DNA from: Blastocystis sp. subtype 4
Lineage: Eukaryota
Length of the DNA stretch: 64,000 bases
NCBI RefSeq assembly: GCF_000743755.1
Contig: NW_014569532.1
Coordinates: 1 to 64,000 of the forward strand
Reading direction: 5' to 3'
The notes under the pieces were generated by a model. The model was not told the origin of the DNA. It searched no databases and saw only the letters and a program-made list of their open reading frames with translations. Within the stretch, counting starts at the first letter, position 1. Every line of letters starts with the position of its first letter. Positions 52,004 through 64,000 of this stretch are shown here, in pieces. Position numbers and translations under genes: made by a program.

Positions 52004-53694
52004 ATGATACATGCTTTTTTGCTTGTAGTATCCTGTTTTGAAGTCCTATTCAGTAGACATTCCTCTTTCTTTTCATTAGTTCAAGTAGTTATGGTATTTC
52101 ATACGGACCTTATATAACTCATGGAACATTTATGAGCACCAACAAATTGTATCTTTATGGTTCGGAACGACGATCTAAGAAGTAACACTGGTAGTCGTCT
52201 TTCCCATAGGATAAAGAAATCGCGTGTCAGTGTTCATATTCGAACAAACAAAGGACCAATACATGGAGCAGAGAATTGTACTGTGGAAGTTATAATTTAC
52301 TGTTTTAATGATCAATAGGTATTATTTCTGGATGATACTGCGTTTATGTTTCTCGGTGTGAAGAGAAATGCTAAGCAGAAATACTATTGTTGTACCCGTC
52401 AATTGATATCGGTTGGATGTTAATCGAAATCATTAGTTGTAGAGGAATCAATGTTCAACCCTTGGTCAGGTAATTATTCCGTCTAACAAAGGATATATTC
52501 GCAATACCTTCTATTCGTTAAAGTAACTTATTTTGGTGTGAATTCTCTGTAGAGATAAATCAACGTCCATTAATGTTGTATTTGATGTCCCTTCAACAGG
52601 AATCTATTATGTAATCGTAGCAGCGTAATGATATAGAACTACTCACAAGGTAGATGTGATGCTCGAACTCATAATGTCACATTACGTGGTAAGGTCACGG
52701 TGAGGAATTTGGGAGGACATTTACCAGCAACCTCACTTCCACTACTTTCTTTGAGCAAATTCTTGACAATCTTCTATTTCATCTGTAATGGTGTATGGGC
52801 TGTGTATTCTATTCTGTATCGCCACAGATTAATAACCATACACTATTTCCTAATCACACTTACGTTTTTCCTTTTCTTCTCTCAGTTCGTTTGGTTTTTG
52901 GATCTTCGCTATTTCCATGCTCATGGAAGTTTCCTTGCGGGATTGCAATTTATCTTCCTCCTTTTACAGAGTCTTGCGATACTTTCTTTTCAGTGTCTTC
53001 TTCTCCTTATTTCTTGGGGGTCTTTTTCTTGCGTTTGGTTGATTTATAGACTTGGTATCACACGTGAGGCAGTTGGTGAACACATTTGCAAATTGTTCGG
53101 ATTCTTTCTTATTTCTCTCCCTCTGTTGTTTATCCAGGAGAAGACAGATGTTTTGAATGATTCTGTGCTCTCTGCTAGGTGTATTTGTGGATGTATTCAA
53201 AATATTCTCTTTATCAGCTGGTTTTTCGTAAATATTCAGTCCCTGAAAAGTGAATTGGAAAGCAAACACCAGCATAAGAAATTAGAGCTTGTGGGTCAGT
53301 TCAATCAGATTCTTGTTTTTTCTCTTGTTTTTATCGTGGTTTCCATCTCAGTTTGGGTGTATCAGTTAGTTTCATATAACCGGGATCGTTACTGGCAACA
53401 GTGGTGGTTGTACTGACTGATTGTTTCGTTGATTCTCTAGTTGGACAAGTGGTCTCAGTCGGTTCTTTGAGTTATGTATATATTTATATGTGAGTGTAGG
53501 GGAGAGAAGGATGGATGAATTCTAGTGTATATGGATGATATCCCAAACCAATGATTATGTGGATCGGCTTGAAGTATCGACAAATGAAAATACAGAAGAA
53601 GGAGAAGGGATAGGTTCGTTAATAGAAGAAGGAAATAGCGAGATAATCCAAGTTAAAGGTTGTGGAGATTCATTTCAACCAATGATTATGGAAT
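52004..53694 (+). CDS. GOST / lung seven-transmembrane family protein (TMEM87/GPR107-like)
   Basis: YCCT, TGIYYV, GKVTVRNLGGHLPA, HRLITIHYFL, KLEL, YWQQWW, and an acidic tail. Start approximate; probable poly(A)-completed stop. Confidence 0.75.
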
Positions 53695-53776
53695 CATTTG
53701 TTTGTTAGGTTGCTCAAACGAGTCCCTAGAGCATGAGTGGATGTTCGGAAAAGTCAGTATTCTTTTGACCAAGATC

Positions 53777-54056
53777 ATGAGTCAGACAACTACCAGTAAT
53801 ATTGATGCAAGACTCGAACGTCTTGAAATGAAAGATACTGCTATGTAGGAATACGTGCTTGTCGTTGATCTCAAGAACGGGAAACCGGATCGTCGAAACG
53901 TGTTTTGATAAGTGTGTAGAATCGATGCGATCCAAGCGGATGGGAGGAGGGGAAATCCAATGTGTTGAGAATTGCACAACCAAGTTCCTAGACTTGACAA
54001 ACCGCCTTTATTCTCGGTTTCAAGAGATCCAGACAAAAGAAATGAGTCAATCATGA
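53777..54056 (+). CDS. Small Tim intermembrane-space chaperone (Tim9/Tim8-like, twin CX3C)
   Basis: LEMKD...NRIVETCFDKCVESMRSKRMGGGEIQCVENCTTKFL...RFQE; one short intron. Confidence 0.85.
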
Positions 54057-54082
54057 CTTGTTTGAAACAAACACCAGGCAAA

Positions 54083-57000
54083 TTATACACGAACGTTCTT
54101 CGAATTCTTGCCTCCCTTGGCACCAGCACGAGCCAGTCTCTTGGCTCCGTTCTTCTTACCCTTATTCTTCATACGAGTCCAAATATAGAAAGCGGCGATT
54201 GCAGCAACAATCAATACTACAATTACAAGCACAACAACCAAACCCGCAGAAACTCCGCCACGTCCCTTATATTGAGAGAGCTCAGGCTCCTTCATAAAAG
54301 CGATGGAAAGATCTGAAGTGAAGATGGAAGTGTAGTAAGTAGCCAAATCAGATACCAGTCTACTTATAGACGCGCCCAGAGCGACCAACACGTTTGAGGC
54401 GACATCATCGTTAACAGTAACACGGACCCATACAGCCATCTTCTCCTTGGTTCCCATTTCTTCACTTTGATACGTGTCAGTCACGTCCTTGATCTTCCAC
54501 ACATCAACACTGTTGGTATTAACTGACAAGTAGGATGACAAGACAGAAGCAACAGCCACAGATCCGTCACTCTGCATAGCACTCAATGACACAGGAGAAA
54601 TCACATAGACCACATCGAGATAACTTATACCCTTTGGAGGCTGCTTGGATCGACACTCCGACTCATCGGCAGTACCCCAATTTGGTTTCAACATATCTTC
54701 ACTGCAAGAACGGTACCGTTCACCAATGTATCCTTCAGGACAATCCACAGTCACTGTGGTACCTGAGGCAGTACCAGGATAATCACCATCCTTTGGACAA
54801 TAGCTCAGACGGCAAGCTTCCAAAGCCAACTTCGAAACGGAAACCTGAGCCACACCCGATTTGGAACGATTCACTTCAAATTTGTATTGTCCGTAGGAGT
54901 TCATATGATCCATCATCATGAAATGCTTCTCTTCAGCACGACTCTCAAACATCTCATTCTTCTCATACGAATACAACTTATCCCACGACACTCCATCATT
55001 ACTTCCATAGACAGTGAATCTTGCAGGATCACGACTATCATCATCAATAGATGAACCCACAGTAAGACGGTTAATCCATTCGACATGATCAAAATCATAA
55101 CTGTAGACGGTCCAAGCAGGAAGACCATTTTCTGTCCACTGAGTCGTAGCATCATCGTCCCAAGCCTCAGCAGCTGTTTCACCTTCCTTATCGTAGAAAT
55201 TACTCTCTCGAATGGTACCGCCTGTTGAACGTACCACACAATCACCAGCCGTATAAGACACATAACCATTCCATTGAAGAGCACCATTGACTCCAGCAGC
55301 ACGGTGCAATTCAACAGCAAGGACATTCTTACCCGTCTGCAACAAATAACCTGCAGCTGTTCCCACACGAATCAAATAACCATCAAATGAGCCTGAAGCC
55401 ACTGTGGTGTAGGAAGGAGTACCACTTCCCATGTTTCTACGATACACTTCCTCGTTATTCAAATAGACTATAATACCATCACGATAATATATGCCAAACT
55501 CCACCACAGGATACAGATCACCATCAGTTAATTCGAATTCGTGAACAAAGTACACCCCATTCTGTGTCCAGTCACCCAAGGTACCGAAAGTCATCGTGTT
55601 CCATGAAGATCGATCGCCATTAATGGTATTCCAATCACGATTTGGTCTACCACTCACCAAATACTTCCATTCGGTTGTCTGAACACCACTCTCAAAGTTC
55701 CATGTCTCAATCTGTTCCTTATATGAAGTACTTCCAGAATGATTGAATGTCCAAGTACCAAGAAGATTACCATCCTCATCAGTGGCTTGTACGTAACTAC
55801 CAACTGACCACCCATCACCATACGTGTCTTGAAGAACAATTTGATATTCACCAGGAGACATACAGAAGGTGGTGTAATAATACAGATAAGACAACAATAA
55901 ACCACTCTGATACCAAACAGTATTACCCTGACGTAACTCCCATGACTCTTCAGTACCATATACGTCTGTTACTTTCAAGAATGTAACAAGACGCTGACCA
56001 GCGGCAGCAGAACACTCACCATAAGTAACAGTGAGTGTAGTACTTGCAGAACCAGCAGGACCGGTAGCAGTAATAGTGTAGACTTGTGTACCTGAGCCAG
56101 AAGCGATACCAGTCATCATTGGATAACCAAGATCAACACTGACAGAACCAAAAGAAGGAGTGATGGTGATGGAGCTATAGCAACCATTCAAAGTCACTCC
56201 AATTGTTTCAATATAATTGCCAGAGTAAGCTGTAAGCGTAGTCATTGAAAGAGTGATTTGAGAGAGAGTAGTAACAGTAGTAGGGAATTGCATAGTATCA
56301 TAATAAGGAGCATAACCCACATCCTGATAGGCATAACGATAAGGATAATAAGTACCATCATCCTTTGTCACCTGCCAACGACATCCATTATTTGTATTAC
56401 ATGTTACATAGAATGAATAGGAAGCGGCTGAAGCAGGATTCACACAGAAGGTTGCCATACCATCAGTTTGAAGAGTTGTTGAACAAGACATGCTCTGAGC
56501 ATTACCTTCTGTATCCATACTGTCCACTGAACATGTCTGGATTGTGGTGGATCCTGTGTTGACCACAGACACAGTTCCTGTACCACTACGGAACCATACG
56601 TGAAGGAATTCACCAGTCCAACTTACACCATTCGTCACACCCTTACAACCAGAGACAGACAAAGAGATAATGAGCATAGTGGAACCAGCGGAGTTGGTAG
56701 CTGTGATCGTGTACATAGTAGTCGAAGAGCTGTGAGTGGGTGTACCACTAATAGCACCAGTAGCAGCATTTAGAGAGAGGCCTGCAGGGAGAGAAGGAGA
56801 GACAGTAAACATATTGATAGGGGTTCCTTGACTGTTAACTACGGTGATCTGTGAGATAGCTCGAAGAGGAATCAGAGTAACAGGAGTAGCAGCATTGATC
56901 GTGTTACCCTGATAACTGTACGTAAGACCACTGGGAGCCACAATACTCAGAATATCAAAGCTAATGACAGTCTCAACAGTAGAAGAACCACTGTTAGCAC

Positions 57001-59079
57001 TGATTGTATACTTTGTCATAATCTGAGGATTGGATGGAGTTCCAGAAATACGACCAGTTTGAGGTGACAGAGTCAAACCAGTAGGAAGTTCAGGGAAAAT
57101 ACGATAATTTGTAAGGGAAGATACAGAGAAGAGAACAGGTTGATTATCCTCAATAGGAGATCCAACGTAGTAGTGAGTCTGTTCATTACGATAACTGAGA
57201 ATACCCGTGGGAAGATAGAATACTTTGTTAGCAGGAACAACTTCCCAGATACCACCAGGAGCCTGCCATTCAAAGACAATACCCTTGGTGCTGGACTTCT
57301 GTTGATATTCGACACGGAAGTAATAGTATCCAACCTTCGAAACAGCATATGTGGCTTCTTGAGAACGATAATAGTGGCAGCCCCAGAATGTGATGATAGC
57401 CTGTTCATCAGCACCAATCAACTTGCAACCATCATCACAAGTGAGACGTAGTCTCCAACGACCAATAGATTCCATTCTCAAATATCCTTCCCACTCCATG
57501 TAAAAATTGGAGCTGAAATCACTAGGGAAACCAGACCACACAACAGCTTCATCAACCTCAGGATAGTTGATGTTATCCATGATGGAGACTTGAGAGAGAC
57601 GAATAGCATTACCAGTAAGCATATTATAATCGCACATATTGTTTGTATCTGTTACTACGTAGAACTTTGTACGGAAACCAGTAATCATTGTACTGGATAT
57701 AACAATAGAAACTGTTGTACTGGCAACACCATTCACTCCTGTTGCAGTTACTGTGTATATACCTGAAGAGGCAACAGAAGGACGACCACTGATATAACCG
57801 TTCACATCGATGGTCATTCCTTGAGGAAGAGTAGGAGAGATTGACCAAGAGACAGGGGCTCCTGATGCGAGTTGAGGCATGTAGTAAGGCAGATCTGTGT
57901 TCACATATCCAGCGATAAAGTCATATGAAATGAAGGTGGGTCCACGACCTCCCACACGCATGTTCTCACTGTTCACATATTGACTCTCTAACTCCAATTC
58001 CTCAGATCCATACTTCACATACAGGGATGACCATGAATTATACTCGAAGAAACGAATCACAATCAAGTGACGACCCACAGTCAGCGTGGTACTGTTCAAT
58101 GTTTCACCGAGAGCACGACATGACTCACGGGAGATGAAAGGAGAGTTAATATCATCAATGTAGAGGAATGCACCATCATCTGAACTCAGAGCGAAGTTAT
58201 AGACACCTTCTCGAAGAATCAATAGATAGGTGTAAAAATAGGCAGAATAATAGTCAACGAAACGTCTATCCAGACCAGGCCAAGTATTATCAACATTGTT
58301 ATCAGTGAAGTAGAGTTCATTGACAGTCTGACAAAGCTGAGCAGGATTCTTGTAGAAAAAATCGAAATCAGGAACCTTGCATTCGGTAATCGTCTTCCAG
58401 TAGCATCCAATAGCTCCACGAGCGTTCATTTCAATCTGGTTACGAGCACGGAAGGTGAATGTCGTCTCCGTAGAACCGAAGCCAGTGGTAGTGGCGGTCA
58501 CAGTGTAAACGATATTCTCATTGTTGAACTCTGTTAGACGACCACTGATGGTTCCGGTAGCTGGGTTCAGAGACATTCCCTCAGGAAGAACTGGGTTGAT
58601 TCTGAACTCATTGACGGCGGCATCACAATGAATTGGAATGGGTTCCATCTCAATATCTGTGTAGAGAGTCATAGAATCGAAACCATAGCTGCAATAAGTG
58701 GGTTGAGCGTATACTATAGTTATATGGGGAACAGAGACACTTACCTGCAATTTCAACAGTGCTAATCCAAGCATTATAGCCAATATAGAAAAGACGAGGG
58801 TTCAAGCCCTCCTTTGGTGTTCCCGAAATCGTAACAGTGTGCTGATTTCCGATAGAAGTAATTGAATATGTAAGACCAGCAGGTAAATCAGGAGTAATAC
58901 GAGGCGTATAAGACATTGTTACAACGCAGGTAATAGGCTCCATTGCCTGGTTAATCGTTAATGCGGCAGAGGAAGGGGTACATGGAAATGTATAGAGAGC
59001 CTGCGATAAAGCTAAAGTTAACACATCGAGATGAAGAGTTACCATAAGAAAGAAGAAACAGCGAAAGCAGTCCTTTCAT
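54083..59079 (-). CDS. Very large type I surface protein: signal peptide, He_PIG Ig repeats, two PA14/GLEYA-like domains, F5/8-like module, HRM-like Cys module, TM and basic tail
   Basis: Start MKGLLSLFLLSY at 59079 with two short introns (~59012-59042, ~58715-58744). Contains repeated LP.G..L...TG.ISG.P, FALSSDDGAFLYID and LRLTCDDGCKL, AWDDDATTQW, CPKDGDYPGT...CPEGYIGERYRSC, TM, and a tail ending VRV*. Confidence 0.88.
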
Positions 59080-60301
59080 CACAAACTTTTTCTAGGCATG
59101 TAGAAAGATAACACAACCAAATAATTAGATTGGACCCAAATAGAGGAATTAATAAGGGAGATTAATGCATCATTAAAAGATTATAATACAATTAGACCCA
59201 ATAATTTTCGCACAGTCATTGGCTACAACTCCCCATCAATTGTAGCGGCGATATCAAGTAGCGTCTTTTGCGGGGATTTCAATATTAAGATTCCCAAAGC
59301 TAATTGGATAAAGTACCAACAATATAACCAAACAGCTCTGGTGCTTACTATTGTTCAACTTGTATTTTTGGGTATTATACTTCATTTGCTTTTTGTGGTA
59401 ACAAATATTGTTGCTGTATTAATACTTGGGCCGTTTGGCTCACCAGATCGTAAGTTCTCCCACACAATTGTTATCCTCTGGTAAAGTGATATTTGGTTTT
59501 CTTCGTTAAATACTCTTTGTAATTGACAGGTTTTTGTCGACATAGTCCACAATGCTGATAGAGAATACCATTCTATTCCACTACCATTTGATAATCAATG
59601 GTCTCGTATCTAGAAACACTTCCAGAAGTCTCTCCCACATCTTGTAGAAATGGTACTAGATTACCTGTTATCACTTTAATGTTCTGTTCCGGACTCTGCA
59701 TTGATCAAACACTTATTCTATACTTGCTCTTCACTTATTCGTTAAACTGGAGTGTCTATTCTTATTCAGAATTGGTGATATGTTCAAATATAGATTATCA
59801 ATAAGAAAAATAAAACAAGACCGAGAACAATGTAACAAACTCACAACAATAGGGTCCTGAAGACACAAATCATAATCACGGGAATTGGAAATACTCTAAG
59901 ATTATGGTAATCTAAACTCAATAGAAATAGATTGGTTGTGTTTATACCAATGAGTTCATATAGAATTGAGAGAATGAGCAAGGAAACTCATAAACTGTTG
60001 ATAAACTATGAATCCCCGCGAAAGACGTTAACTGAGGTGGGTACATTAAAGCCTCAATTAGTATTGTTGAAACAATTGGTATTTCTTTAACAGATTTTGA
60101 TCAGGGAGATATTCAATATATAGAATAAACCTACCATAGGATGAGCACCTGGTATCTTCAACTATGAGATAATAATCTCGATTGGAGCTCCATTGAATTC
60201 TACGAAGGGTTTAGATTTAAAAATGAATTCATCAAGACAATGATATGTGTTTTGGGGTGTCAGATTGATGAACACTTATCTTGTTTTCATATGTCATATC
60301 A

Positions 60302-63300
60302 ATGAAAAGAAGTCAGAATTCTATCAATAATAGGTCAAAGTTACTCCTGTTGCTCCTTGTTGTGAGCAGCTGTTTTGCTGAAACTATTATTGAAAACGAA
60401 GAAGTGAACGGATCTCTAGGTACTGGAGAGTCTGTTTCCTATGAACTATCAACCGTTATCGATTGGCGTTACTACGCGTTTATTGTGAAAGTATCTCTGT
60501 AATCGTTCAAATTCCAAGTGATTAAATAGAGCTACAGGAAATGAAGGAGAAAGAGTTGCGACGTTGGTTCGTTCGTGTTCGGAAATTCAAATAGATGAGT
60601 ACATTGGATTATAATATATTCATTGGAAAGGTTTCTGTTCACAAATACGGTTCTAACCTTTTACAATGCAACCAGTATCTGTTATGGTTCCACAACAAAA
60701 TCAACAATTCAGAACACTTATTCTGACACAATCAGTTATTCTTTTAGGATTCAGCGTGTAGATGGTATGGATACTAGAGTTGTATAAGAGATAGATGCTG
60801 CAACGCTGATTCCATCATCGGGAAAGTATAATGATACCATTGCAACATACTCAAACAATCATGTCCGTATTTACAAAGTCTATGTAAATTAAGATTGGTG
60901 TGATAACGACTAGATCACGGCAATTACTGATATGTGGTATCAAACCATGGGTATTGATGATTTGATTGTTGACTCGATCTATTTACAATTCGAAAGTGAT
61001 TCAGATCAGCCACTTGAAGTATATTGGAGTAAGAGTTCCCGCCCGTTTAATCGCCATCGGCTTCCCTTCTCACATGATGGTGACTGGTCGGTTATAATCG
61101 ATCATTCTTCTTCCTTTTTCTGTGAGAGTTGTGATGCATATGTTGGTATGCTGGATAGTCTTCATTCTAGATATTTGTTCATTCATCTGAACCTACCAAT
61201 TGTTTTCTTCATGTATCAATCAGTACTGAAATCCAAAGTAGATTCGATCACTTTATCTCATCGTTAGCATCAATTTATATTCATCCTGATGAAACGCTAT
61301 CCCTCTCTACTTCATCAAGTGATGTTGTTACACCAACCTCTGTAACAGATCTGAAAGTTTGGGGTGTTTTGGAATCCAATTCCTACCAGGATTACTATGT
61401 TCTTCTGGACTGTTCCTCTTTTGTCTATTATGAATCACTACAGATTACTGTACAGTTTACCAATGCCACGCAACCTCTCTATTTTGACATAGGCAAAAAT
61501 ACCCTCCAAATTGGTGATTCCAATTATACTCATATTATTGGATCAGAACACAATGTTTCGTTTTATCTGGATAAGGATGATGACTTACGTTCTATTGCTG
61601 GAGCAATTTATCTTCGGGTTGGAGTGCCTTGTACACTCTGCTCAGGCAATATTACAGTAACTCGAGTTCATGACTGTTCATTTCATTTGTTAATCTCATT
61701 TGTAGACGAAATCATCCCCTTGTACTATTCTCATGATTATTCTTGGAATTCCAAAAATCTTTCAACTGCTCAGTATTATGGTATTTGGGTTCCTGAGAAG
61801 GGAACTGAAAAACCTAAGAGCATTACCGTGAAATTGACGAATCTGACCTACTATTGGACTTCTGTGGTAGCATCTCCAATCACGATTCATTACATGTTTG
61901 GAGCCTCACTCGAGAATTTTAATCTTGTCGATAGTTCTGTGAATTCTAAGACGATTGTATACAGTCAGTATGCAACAATCCACATTGATTCTGTTGTAAC
62001 GGGGAAATGGCTTCTTATTGCAATCCGAACAGATCAAACAAGTTCAGGGATTATTTCTGGATTTGTTGAAATGGAGCCATATTTGGTCAATCCAGGAACT
62101 CCGATGATAAGTGATCTCAATGCATATCAGACAGACTTCCGTTGTCATATCTTCTTGTATACCACAACTTATACTCCGATTACCGTGAGTGCTTCTGTTG
62201 ATGCTAGTGATGTCTCTTTGTAGGATGAGGATATCTTGTAATAGATAGACGACTAATGATAGCAATTGACAATTATCCCACAGAGGAAGATTATGATTGG
62301 ATCAGTGAAGGACAAAATAGTGTGAATATTACCATTTCCAGAAATCATCCCAAATATTGTGAGAAGTGTAGAATTGATTTTTCTTGTTTTATTTAGGTGT
62401 ATATTATGTTATGCTTCATTTCCCTTCATCACAACCCTCTGGTGAGCATTCTCTTACTTTCCAATTCTTCTGTCCTACAGACACATGTTCGAAATGTCAG
62501 ATTGGTCAGGATCCAGCTACCAACTGTGCAACATGTCTGTCAGAGTATTATGGTCCCAGTTGCACTCCATGTGGAGATTGTCATCATGGTCATTGTGATG
62601 ATGGCATACAGGGCTCAGGTGAGTGTACGTGTGACAGTGGCTACACACCGTATTCTAATTGCACGGAGTGTATGAAGGGATATTGGGGTGAGTCATGTTC
62701 TGCTTGCGAGAGTTGTAATGGCCATGGAGTCTGTAGTGATGGAAAGGAAGGAGACGGTAACTGTGTGTGTGAGGAAGGATACAATTCGGAGGGACGATGT
62801 GGAGATTGTGTGAGTGGTCGTTGGGGAACGAAATGTCAGAGCAAATGTCCAGGAGAGAATGCAGACTGTGAGTATGAAGAGAGAGAGTAAGAGGTAGGTT
62901 CAGGTCATGGTGCTTGTGATGATGGAATGGAGGGTACGGGACGATGTACTTGTCAAGAAGGGTATGTAGGGTTATGTAATGAATGAGGGATTGAATCATA
63001 TGTAGTGTGTGATACACTTCAGGAGAATGATCGTTGTGTGCCTCGTTGTGTTCAGGGGAAAGGAGCTTGTGATGAGGGTATCTGTGTATACAAAGAATAC
63101 TGAATAGAGAATGCTGTATGTGTATGTTTTGATGCCAATACTGGCCCTGATTGTGATTACAGTGCTTCAGAGAACTTCAGTTTGTATCTAATTTTGGGCC
63201 TCGTTGTTGTTGCTTCTTTTATCTCCTTCATTTTCATGTAGAAGTTGTGGAATCCATCAATTCTAGCATTTATGTGAAGATAAAAAGTAAGAAAGAAAAG

Positions 63301-63396
63301 AAAGTGTCACAAGAATACAAACGGATGACTGTGGACAAAGATCGACGGACAATATCCTGGCGAGCACCAAGCAATCAAATTAAAACTGCATATTAG
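60302..63396 (+). CDS. Type I membrane protein with EGF/laminin-EGF-like repeats
   Basis: Signal peptide; C..HG.CDDG..GSGEC.CDSGY...C..C..GYWG..C repeats; TM near 63180-63240; TAG at 63394-63396. Confidence 0.75.
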
Positions 63397-63448
63397 GATT
63401 CTGTTTGCTATCTGAAAGAAAATATCAGAAACTAAGAACAAACAATCC

Positions 63449-64000
63449 AATCATCGGATAATAACTTCCGCTTCTTGCTAGAATTCGTATACTGATGAAG
63501 GACCCATTCATTCTCAGCTTCTTCTTGATCAACTGTACCCAAACGTAACTGATAAGGTCGCAATTCGAATCGTGGTCCCACCTCACTTAAGGCAACTGTT
63601 TTGTGATCCTCTTTCGTATATGTATGATGTCGGAAGGAAATAAAATCCCTACATCACACAAACACAGCATCATTACCCCTGATTTGCAAATGTCATAATT
63701 CGTTTGCTATCGGGCCGCGGGACAGGAAATAGATGTTTTAGTACATTTGTAAGTCGTTCTCCAAGTTTTGATGTCATGTTTGAGAAAATGAGATGCGGAT
63801 AGGCCTCACTCATCGTGCCCACATTCTCAATATCGTGACGCATTACGGTATTCGTAATATTGAAGAATGCAGTAGGCCCGTAGGGAAGATGACAGACAAT
63901 GAGAGTCGTTGGCTCACCACGGTGTTCATTAACAATAACAAGATCTGTATAATTATTTGCACGACATGCCTTCACCAACTATTCATCAGCCCTTCTCACC
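63449..64000 (-). CDS. IMP4: U3 snoRNP protein IMP4 (Brix domain); 5' part outside the window
   Basis: NEHRGEP..LIVCHLPYGPTAFF, VMRHDI, MSEAYPHLIF, LKHLFPVP, DFISFRHHTY, EVGPRFELRPYQ. Probable poly(A)-completed stop. Confidence 0.92.

Noticed and set aside
58650..58783. Apparent frameshift or separate start between ORFs 54083..58783 and 58650..59045
   Set aside because: Resolved by a canonical short intron (gtaag...tatag, about 58744-58715).

Overview
Gene-dense eukaryotic nuclear DNA, not prokaryotic. It has about 30 tightly packed genes broken by very short (~30 nt) GT-AG introns, plus one tRNA-Asp. A TGTTTGTT-type motif recurs at gene 3' ends. Together these features are characteristic of the gut stramenopile Blastocystis (inference; no database search run). 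Recognisable genes: two large He_PIG/Ig-repeat surface proteins (one with PA14 domains, one frameshifted), two GILT thiol reductases, GPATCH1, a SAE1-like E1 subunit, a GNPTAB/Stealth phosphotransferase, an RluA-type pseudouridine synthase, a divergent Hsp70, a cullin, ubiquitin, fucokinase/FKGP, a CDK8-like kinase, LSM7, a membrane-anchored bacterial-type solute-binding protein, RIO1, MTFMT, two FYVE proteins, UTP25, an SLC25 carrier, a ureide-permease-like transporter, a GOST/LU7TM protein, a small Tim, an EGF-repeat protein and IMP4. About ten genes appear to have no genomic stop at their natural end. Instead a codon-position-1 T lies exactly 5 nt before the motif, so polyadenylation would create UAA. 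In two cases (Hsp70 to cullin, pseudouridine synthase to the next gene) the unterminated frame runs stop-free and in frame into the next gene's ATG. Exon boundaries were read by eye and gene ends are approximate.
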